DNA of 4,985 bases. Origin: a virus (Duplodnaviria > Heunggongvirae > Uroviricota > Caudoviricetes). Each line of letters begins with the position of its first letter. Positions within the stretch are counted from its first letter, which is position 1. A program made the translations under genes and the position numbers. The stretch lies in the IMG/VR virus record IMGVR_UViG_2579778535_000006. One strand, 5' to 3'. The notes beneath the pieces are model-generated. The model had not been told where the DNA came from, made no database searches, and saw nothing but the letters and a program-made list of their open reading frames with translations. This document shows positions 1 to 4,985 of the stretch, one piece after another.

Positions 1-118
1 ATGACAAAGTCATCGGGCATTATCTGAACATAAAACACTATCAATAAGTTGGAGTCATTACCGTGGTTATGAATTTTATATTGAGAATTATCCTGAAGCA
101 GGGCTTTATCTTGCAGAA

Positions 119-679
119 ATGCTTTACTTACCCATTGATTTAATTGAGAGTTTCCAAAAACTTTATACGGTAACTGATCAAATACGTAACAAAACAAGTT
201 TCTTTTTACCTCAGAATCCTGAGTTAATATATTGTTGGGAGCAACTAAAAACATCTGTTTCCCGAGGCTTCTCAACTAAAATTCAGGAGCACTTAGCAAT
301 GGGCGTTCTACTTTCGTTAGGAGTGAATCATGTTAATCATTTACTTTTATCATATAGTAAACAATCATTGATAAGTCGTTGTTATAACCTGCTGCTATCC
401 GAACCCGGCACAAAATGGACAGCAAACAAGGTTGCTCGATATCTCTACATTTCTGTTTCTACATTACATCGCCGTCTAGCAAGCGAGGGGGTAAGTTTCC
501 AAAGTATACTGGACGATGTGAGGTTAAATAATGCGTTGTCTGCTATACAAACGACGGTAAAACCTATAAGCGAGATTGCCAGAGAAAATGGTTATAAGTG
601 TCCTTCTCGTTTTACTGAAAGATTTCATAATCGTTTTAATATAACACCAAGAGAGATAAGAAAAGCTTCCAGAGAGTAA
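119..679 (+). CDS. AraC/XylS-family transcriptional regulator; 5' end uncertain, possibly truncated or frameshifted
   Basis: The C-terminal ~95 aa ([42 protein letters not shown]...[26 protein letters not shown]) has the layout of the AraC-type double helix-turn-helix domain. ORF is AT-rich. First canonical start is ATG 119 with no obvious Shine-Dalgarno; the frame is open back to position 5 but closed by TGA at 2-4. By position it could correspond to the DLP12 ybcM regulator, but I cannot confirm this. Confidence 0.6.
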
Positions 680-743
680 AAGTGTTTTAAGAAGGAGCAA
701 TTCTATCGATTTTGATTTTGGGAAATCAACACGGCATAATTAT

Positions 744-772
744 GTCACCGGAGCCTGAACAACTCCGGTGAC
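744..772. repeat. Perfect 10-bp inverted repeat with 9-nt spacer (GTCACCGGAG-cctgaacaa-CTCCGGTGAC)
   Basis: Read directly from the sequence. Lies between the AraC-family stop (679) and the nin operon start; followed by TTCTGCGC, a weak T tract, so it is either a weak terminator for the upstream gene or a protein-binding site. Confidence 0.4.
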
Positions 773-795
773 TTCTGCGCTAAACGGGGACGTTT

Positions 796-897
796 ATGCG
801 CACATACAATCCAAACTCTCTTCTCCCTTCACAGATGCAGAAATGCACCTGCAATTCTTTGCATCTAGCGTTTGACCTCTGCGGAGGGGAAGCGTGA
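796..897 (+). CDS. Small hypothetical protein, 33 aa (ylcH-like)
   Basis: ATG 796 to TGA 895-897 translates to [33 protein letters not shown]. Its stop overlaps the GTG start of the next gene (GTGA), and a 33-aa ylcH sits at this position in DLP12. Not in the supplied ORF track (below length cutoff). Confidence 0.4.
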
Positions 898-1349
898 ACC
901 TCTCACAAGACGGCATCAAATTACATCGCGGCAACTTCACCGCTATCGGTCGGCAGATCCAGCCTTATCTGGAGGAGGGCAAATGCTTTCGCATGGTGCT
1001 TAAACCGTGGCGTGAGAAACGCAGTCTTTCCCAGAATGCACTCAGCCACATGTGGTACAGCGAAATCAGTGAATACCTCATCAGCAGGGGTAAAACGTTC
1101 GCCACTCCAGCTTGGGTAAAAGATGCTCTCAAACACACATATCTCGGTTATGAAACCAAAGACCTGGTTGATGTCGTAACCGGTGATATCACCACTATCC
1201 AGTCGTTACGCCATACCTCCGATCTTGATACCGGAGAGATGTATGTCTTCCTGTGTAAGGTTGAAGCCTGGGCGATGAATATTGGTTGCCACCTGACTAT
1301 TCCACAGAGCTGCGAGTTCCAGCTGCTGCGCGACAAGCAGGAGGCGTAA
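894..1349 (+). CDS. ybcN: NinB-family protein (phage recombination/DNA base-flipping protein, YbcN-like), 151 aa
   Basis: ORF 894..1349 starts at GTG 894, preceded by GGAGG at 883-887. The motif [16 protein letters not shown] aligns with the lambda NinB SLDQN region. Length and position match DLP12 ybcN immediately upstream of ninE. Confidence 0.8.
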
Positions 1350-1519
1350 TGGCTACACCGCTTATTCGTGTCATGAACGGACACATCTACAGAGTACCAA
1401 ATCGTCGTAAGCGTAAACCTGAGCTGAAGCCATCCGAAATACCAACACTGCTCGGATATACCGCCAGCTTGGTTGATAAAAAATGGTTGCGACTGGCAGC
1501 AAGGAGGAGTCATGGCTGA
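1349..1519 (+). CDS. ninE: NinE-family phage protein, 56 aa
   Basis: ATG 1349 overlaps the ybcN stop (TAATG); GGAGG lies just upstream. Product [56 protein letters not shown] is basic with the RKRKP motif typical of lambda-type NinE. The ORF track's 77-aa version (from 1286) is an upstream extension in the same frame. Confidence 0.8.
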   Translation: MATPLIRVMNGHIYRVPNRRKRKPELKPSEIPTLLGYTASLVDKKWLRLAARRSHG

Positions 1520-1802
1520 TTTGAGAAAAGCAGCGCGTGGTCGGGAATGCCAGGTAAGAATCCCTGGCGTATGTAATGGCAACCCTGAAACGTCTGTACT
1601 GGCACATATCCGGCTGACTGGATTGTGCGGCACCGGTACGAAACCGCCAGACCTGATTGCCACCATTGCATGTTCTGCCTGCCACGACGAAATCGACCGC
1701 CGCACGCATTTTGTTGACGCTGGATATGCAAAAGAATGCGCGCTGGAAGGTATGGCGAGAACACAGGTTATCTGGCTGAAAGAGGGGGTTATTAAGGCGT
1801 GA
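1512..1802 (+). CDS. ybcO: YbcO-like phage protein (DUF1364, putative Zn-binding nuclease), 96 aa
   Basis: ATG 1512 preceded by AGGAGG at 1502-1507; overlaps the ninE stop by 8 nt. Product starts [23 protein letters not shown] and carries two Cys pairs (C..C and CSAC) suggesting a Zn site. The ORF track's longer form (from 1473) lacks an RBS. Confidence 0.8.
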   Translation: MADLRKAARGRECQVRIPGVCNGNPETSVLAHIRLTGLCGTGTKPPDLIATIACSACHDEIDRRTHFVDAGYAKECALEGMARTQVIWLKEGVIKA

Positions 1803-2161
1803 ATACCTACAGCATCACATTACCCTGGCCTCCGAGCAATAATCGCTATTACCGCCATAATCGCGGGCGCACGCACGTCAGCGCAGAGGGGCAGGCATAC
1901 CGCGATAACGTCGCCCGAATCATTAAAAACGCAATGCTGGATATCGGCCTGGCTATGCCTGTGAAAATCCGCATTGAGTGCCACATGCCGGATCGCCGTC
2001 GCCGTGACCTGGATAATCTGCAAAAAGCCGCTTTTGACGCACTCACTAAAGCAGGTTTCTGGCTGGATGATGCTCAGGTCGTTGATTACCGCGTTGTGAA
2101 GATGCCTGTTACCAAAGGTGGGAGGCTGGAACTGACCATCACCGAAATGGGGAATGAATGA
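1799..2161 (+). CDS. rusA: Holliday junction resolvase RusA, 120 aa
   Basis: GTG 1799 overlaps the ybcO stop (GTGA). Product [36 protein letters not shown]... matches my recollection of RusA, with acidic residues at the catalytic positions D70, D72 and D91 ([10 protein letters not shown] ... WLDDAQ). Confidence 0.9.
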   Translation: MNTYSITLPWPPSNNRYYRHNRGRTHVSAEGQAYRDNVARIIKNAMLDIGLAMPVKIRIECHMPDRRRRDLDNLQKAAFDALTKAGFWLDDAQVVDYRVVKMPVTKGGRLELTITEMGNE

Positions 2162-2298
2162 TGTTTGAGTTTAATATGGCAGAACTTCTTCGCCACCGCT
2201 GGGGGCGTCTGCGCTTATATCGTTTCCCCGGTTCTGTTTTGACCGATTACCGAATACTGAAGAATTACGCCAAAACCCTGACAGGAGCAGGAGTATGA
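2158..2298 (+). CDS. ylcG: Small phage protein YlcG-like, 46 aa
   Basis: ATG 2158 overlaps the rusA stop (ATGA). Translated by hand to [46 protein letters not shown], stop TGA 2296-2298. Position between rusA and Q matches DLP12 ylcG. Not in the supplied ORF track. Confidence 0.6.
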   Translation: MMFEFNMAELLRHRWGRLRLYRFPGSVLTDYRILKNYAKTLTGAGV

Positions 2299-2383
2299 AG
2301 TCAGAGATAACAATCAACTAATACTGTTTTGTTGATTTTTGCTTGTAATTGGCGTTCTGGTCTGATTTTTGTGGAGTAAGTTG

Positions 2384-2767
2384 ATGCGTGATATTCAGAT
2401 GGTTCTTGAGCGTTGGGGAGCGTGGGCGGCTAATAATCATGAAGATGTGACCTGGTCGTCCATTGCCGCCGGTTTTAAGGGATTAATTACTTCAAAAGTA
2501 AAATCTCGCCCGCAATGTTGTGACGATGACGCGATGATCATTTGCGGGTGCATGGCCCGTCTGAAAAAGAACAACAGCGATTTGCACGATTTATTAGTAG
2601 ATTATTATGTAGTCGGTATGACATTCATGTCACTGGCAGGTAAGCATTGCTGCTCTGATGGTTATATCGGGAAAAGGTTACAGAAGGCTGAGGGCATAAT
2701 TGAAGGGATGTTAATGGCATTAGATATCCGGTTAGAGATGGATATCGTTGTTAATAACTCTAATTAA
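2384..2767 (+). CDS. quuD: Late-gene antitermination protein Q (phage 82 / DLP12 QuuD type), 127 aa
   Basis: ATG 2384 preceded by GGAG at 2373-2376. Product [26 protein letters not shown]... with Cys cluster (PQCCDD, ICGC) typical of the Q82/QuuD family. The ORF track start at 2369 is a TTG extension; ATG 2384 has the better RBS. Confidence 0.85.
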   Translation: MRDIQMVLERWGAWAANNHEDVTWSSIAAGFKGLITSKVKSRPQCCDDDAMIICGCMARLKKNNSDLHDLLVDYYVVGMTFMSLAGKHCCSDGYIGKRLQKAEGIIEGMLMALDIRLEMDIVVNNSN

Positions 2768-2906
2768 TATGCCAATTGTTTACTAAAAATTATTAAAAAT
2801 GGGGCGTTGAGACGCCCCCAAAAATAAAGGGTAATATATAACAGAAGGTTTATATAGTTAGAAGCAAGGTTGTGCTTCTAAAGGAAGTGGCTTGAGGGAG
2901 CCACTT
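2768..2906 (+). promoter_or_regulatory. Candidate late promoter / Q-utilisation region (pR'-qut-like) with three stem-loops
   Basis: Sits immediately after Q, where lambdoid phages carry pR' and qut. Stem-loops seen at 2801-2818 (GGGGCGT-tgag-ACGCCCC), 2858-2881 (9-bp stem) and 2885-2906 (AAGTGGCT-tgaggg-AGCCACTT). I could not identify a convincing sigma70 -35/-10 pair by eye, so the promoter assignment is positional only. Confidence 0.25.
2785..2818 (-). terminator. Candidate intrinsic terminator for minus-strand (porin) transcripts
   Basis: The 7-bp GC-rich stem at 2801-2818 is followed on the minus strand by ATTTTTAATAATTTTT. It lies about 140 nt past the porin stop. Confidence 0.35.
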
Positions 2907-2947
2907 ATATGTTGGGGAGGCAACGCCTCCCGCAACATATCTTTTTC
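2907..2947 (+). terminator. Candidate intrinsic terminator for plus-strand transcripts (tR'-like)
   Basis: ATATGTTGGGGAGG-caacg-CCTCCCGCAACATAT forms a roughly 14-bp stem with one bulged G, followed directly by CTTTTTC on the plus strand. Position after Q and the candidate pR' matches lambda tR'. Confidence 0.5.
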
Positions 2948-2956
2948 GTAATCAGA

Positions 2957-4054
2957 TTAGAACTGGTAAACCAGACCTACAGCAACGATGTCATCAGTGC
3001 TTACACCGAGTGCTTTAGTGAAGTCATTTTTGTCAAGCAGGTTGATTTTGTAATCAACGAAAGTAGACATATTTTTGTTGAAGTAATAGGTTGCACCTAC
3101 ATCAACATATTTGACTAAGTCCTGATCGCCCCATACTCCAAGATCCTTACCTTTAGATTGCAGGTAAGCAACGGACGGACGCAGACCGAAATCGAACTGA
3201 TATTGTGCAACAGCTTCGAAGTTTTGGGCTTTATTAGCAACGAAGTGATCAGCAAATACAGTCATATTCTGGGTTTCAGAATAGGTAGTGGCCAGGTAAA
3301 TGTTGTTAGCGTCATATTTCAGACCTGCGGCCCAAACTTCTGCATTTTTACCGGAAGCAAATACTTCAGGAAGAACTTTCCCTGCATTAACTTGAGTGTC
3401 GGTACGATCAGATTTCGCATAAGTTGCACCGATACCGAATCCTTCGTATTCATAGGTAGCAGAGAAACCGAAGCCATCACCGTTACCTTCAGTGTAGTTA
3501 TCGAAATCGCTACGATCGTTTTTGCCTTGGTACTGAGCAGCAAAGTTCAGACCATCAACCAGACCAAAGAAGTCGTTGTTACGATAGGTTGCAACACCAG
3601 TTGCACGTTGAGTCATGAACACGTCGGTTTGAGTCCAAGTGTCACCACCGAATTCTGGCAGGACGTCAGTCCACGCACCGATGTCGTATGCTACACCGTA
3701 GTTACGGCCGTAATCGATGGAGCCGTAGTCACCGAATTTCAGGCCAGCGAAGGCAAGACGGGTTTTATCTTTGGAGGAACCTTGAGATTCAGCGCGGTTG
3801 CCTTTGAATTCATATTCCCACTGACCGAAACCAGTCAGTTGATCGTTGATTTGGGTTTCACCTTTGAAGCCAAGACGGGCATAAGTAGTATCACCATCAT
3901 CTGCATCATTAGAGGAGAAGTAGTGCTTAGCATTAACTTTCCCGTACAGATCCAGCTTGTTACTGTCTTTATTATAAATTTCAGCTGCCTGAGCAGACAT
4001 CGCCATTAGTACTGATGCAGCTACAGCAGAAATTGCCACTGTTAATTTTTTCAT
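2957..4054 (-). CDS. nmpC: Outer membrane general porin, OmpC/OmpF/PhoE/NmpC family (prophage-encoded, NmpC/Lc-like), 365 aa, intact
   Basis: Minus-strand ORF; true start is ATG 4054-4052 ([23 protein letters not shown] signal peptide, [10 protein letters not shown] cleavage site). Mature N-terminus [17 protein letters not shown] and the motifs RLGFKGETQ and GNGDGFG, plus a C-terminal ...GLVYQF, are those of enterobacterial 16-strand porins. The ORF track's start at 4114 adds 20 non-signal residues and is rejected. No IS interruption. Confidence 0.9.
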   Translation of the reverse strand: MKKLTVAISAVAASVLMAMSAQAAEIYNKDSNKLDLYGKVNAKHYFSSNDADDGDTTYARLGFKGETQINDQLTGFGQWEYEFKGNRAESQGSSKDKTRLAFAGLKFGDYGSIDYGRNYGVAYDIGAWTDVLPEFGGDTWTQTDVFMTQRATGVATYRNNDFFGLVDGLNFAAQYQGKNDRSDFDNYTEGNGDGFGFSATYEYEGFGIGATYAKSDRTDTQVNAGKVLPEVFASGKNAEVWAAGLKYDANNIYLATTYSETQNMTVFADHFVANKAQNFEAVAQYQFDFGLRPSVAYLQSKGKDLGVWGDQDLVKYVDVGATYYFNKNMSTFVDYKINLLDKNDFTKALGVSTDDIVAVGLVYQF

Positions 4055-4481
4055 CGTGAGCCCTTTTTTTGAACTATTATTAAAAAATGATGTCACTGCG
4101 CGATAAATATTCATCTAATCAATGTGATTATTTCAAGATGTAAGTTTTGGTTTCTCGTTTGATTTGTGAAGTAGATCTCTATTTTTATCTGAACTTTTTT
4201 CTATCGAATCCTATTCATGGCTCTTGGCTGAATAAAAATAAATCTATTAGCCAATTTATATTAACGGCTGTTATTTATAAGTGCTCTATAATTTGAAGGT
4301 TCAATTTAAACCGGCTAAAAATAACACTGGAAATTATTTTTTGGTTATTTGTTGAGATTTGCTTATGTATTTGTAGTGGTGTTTTCAATACTCGGTAGCA
4401 TTCTCTCAAATATCATTTAGTGGTTTACGTACGTAAAAAATTGGTTATGCTGTTAAGAGTGGTTACTTCGTCACACAGCTT
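4055..4481 (-). promoter_or_regulatory. AT-rich upstream control region of the porin gene (promoter not mapped)
   Basis: Roughly 570 bp without a credible ORF between the porin start (4054) and the holin start (4627), strongly AT-rich with many A/T tracts, as in porin regulatory regions. The exact promoter is not resolved. Confidence 0.3.
4424..4437. promoter_or_regulatory. Perfect 14-bp palindrome TTTACGTACGTAAA, candidate dimeric regulator binding site
   Basis: Read directly; self-complementary over all 14 nt, embedded in AT-rich DNA about 45 bp upstream of the plus-strand terminator and about 190 bp upstream of the holin start. Confidence 0.3.
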
Positions 4482-4515
4482 AAACCCGCCGTCGAGCGGG
4501 TTTTTCCATTTTTTG
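4482..4515 (+). terminator. Rho-independent terminator, plus strand
   Basis: AAACCCGC-cgtcga-GCGGGTTT stem (8 bp, GC core) followed by TTCCATTTTTT. Orientation is unambiguous: the T tract follows the hairpin only on the plus strand. About 110 nt upstream of the holin start. Confidence 0.6.
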
Positions 4516-4626
4516 AGTCTCGATATTAGCTGATAACCCAATACCTGAGTTATTCACTGACTCCGAGTCTGTTACGTTTCGTAGTATTCCCTCAATTTAC
4601 ACCCGCTTTGTCTGCGAGGTGGGGTT

Positions 4627-4842
4627 ATGAAATCCATGGATAAGTTAACAACGGGTGTCGCCTATGGCACCTCAGCAGGTAGTGCCGGGTACTGGTTTTT
4701 ACAGCTGCTAGATAAAGTCACTCCCTCACAGTGGGCAGCAATAGGTGTGCTGGGTAGCCTGGTATTTGGCCTGCTGACGTACCTGACAAACCTTTATTTC
4801 AAGATTAAAGAAGATAAGCGCAAGGCTGCGAGAGGTGAATAA
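4627..4842 (+). CDS. essD: Class II holin (pinholin), phage 21 S-type, 71 aa, with dual-start motif
   Basis: ATG 4627 preceded by GAGGTG. Product [71 protein letters not shown]: Met1-Lys2-Ser3-Met4 dual start, a Gly/Ala-rich weakly hydrophobic TMD1, a hydrophobic TMD2 and a charged C-terminal tail, as in S21 pinholin. Confidence 0.9.
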
Positions 4843-4985
4843 TGCCTCCATCATTACGAAAAGCCGTTGCTGCTGCTATTGGTGGCGGAGCAATTGCTAT
4901 AGCATCAGTGTTAATCACTGGCCCAAGTGGTAACGATGGTCTGGAAGGTGTCAGCTACATACCATACAAAGATATTGTTGGTGTA
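4842..4985 (+). CDS. rrrD: SAR endolysin (phage 21 R-type lysozyme), 5' portion only; continues past window end
   Basis: ATG 4842 overlaps the holin stop (TAATG). Translated by hand to [48 protein letters not shown], whose Gly/Ala-rich N-terminal segment is a signal-arrest-release domain. Partial, 48 codons in window. Confidence 0.85.

Noticed and set aside
1-27. Frame-1 ATG at position 1 giving MTKSSGII-stop
   Set aside because: Most likely the last codons of a gene that begins upstream of the window (or non-coding); too short to be a gene on its own.
1286-1348. Longer 77-aa form of ninE, and the TTG-extended forms of ybcO (from 1473) and quuD (from 2369)
   Set aside because: The extensions lack Shine-Dalgarno sequences and overlap the preceding genes extensively. 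The internal ATG starts have good RBSs and give stop/start coupling.
1148-1705. 185-aa minus-strand ORF, plus other minus-strand ORFs at 921..1136, 1371..1709, 1510..1764, 1820..2023 and 1849..2046
   Set aside because: All lie antisense to the tightly coupled, family-recognisable nin genes (ybcN, ninE, ybcO, rusA). Their products are low-complexity, Arg/Ser/Cys-rich and have no recognisable domains, which is typical of shadow ORFs opposite real genes.
3158-4009. 283-aa plus-strand ORF, with shorter ORFs at 2909..3118 (+) and 3319..3543 (-)
   Set aside because: They sit on or within the porin gene, whose product has an unambiguous signal peptide and porin motifs. These ORFs have no start context and odd composition, so they are antisense or out-of-frame artefacts.
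4055-4114. N-terminal extension of the porin ORF to an upstream ATG ([20 protein letters not shown]...)
   Set aside because: The extension would bury the signal peptide 20 residues inside the protein. The internal ATG at 4054 yields a canonical Lys-rich n-region, hydrophobic core and AQA cleavage site.
4115-4626. Possible tRNA genes or a small protein gene in the long porin-holin spacer (lambdoid phages often carry tRNAs between Q and S)
   Set aside because: No cloverleaf-compatible sequence or T-arm-like motif seen by eye. The only ATG-initiated frames are 27 aa or shorter, lack an RBS and run through the terminator hairpin. This was not checked with tRNAscan.
1-4985. CRISPR array, IS element or integron signatures
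   Set aside because: No spaced direct repeats, no terminal inverted repeats flanking a transposase-like ORF, and the porin gene is uninterrupted.

Overview
This window reads as a contiguous piece of a lambdoid (DLP12 / phage 21-82-like) enterobacterial prophage, and I see no convincing evidence of an undescribed system. Left to right: an AT-rich AraC-family regulator gene with an unclear 5' end; a tightly overlapping plus-strand nin-region operon (ylcH-like small ORF, NinB-like ybcN, ninE, ybcO, Holliday-junction resolvase rusA, ylcG); the late antiterminator Q (quuD); a 190-bp spacer packed with four stem-loops; an intact OmpC/NmpC-family porin gene on the minus strand, sitting as a moron between Q and the lysis genes; a roughly 570-bp AT-rich control region; and the start of the lysis cassette (dual-start pinholin plus the 5' end of a SAR endolysin). 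The ylcH-like and ylcG ORFs are absent from the supplied ORF track and were found by reading the sequence. No CRISPR array, tRNA/rRNA gene or IS element was seen. The most interesting signals are regulatory: convergent terminators after Q, a strong terminator and a perfect palindrome ahead of the holin, and the antisense placement of the porin inside the late operon. All homology statements rest on recall of protein families, not on a database search.
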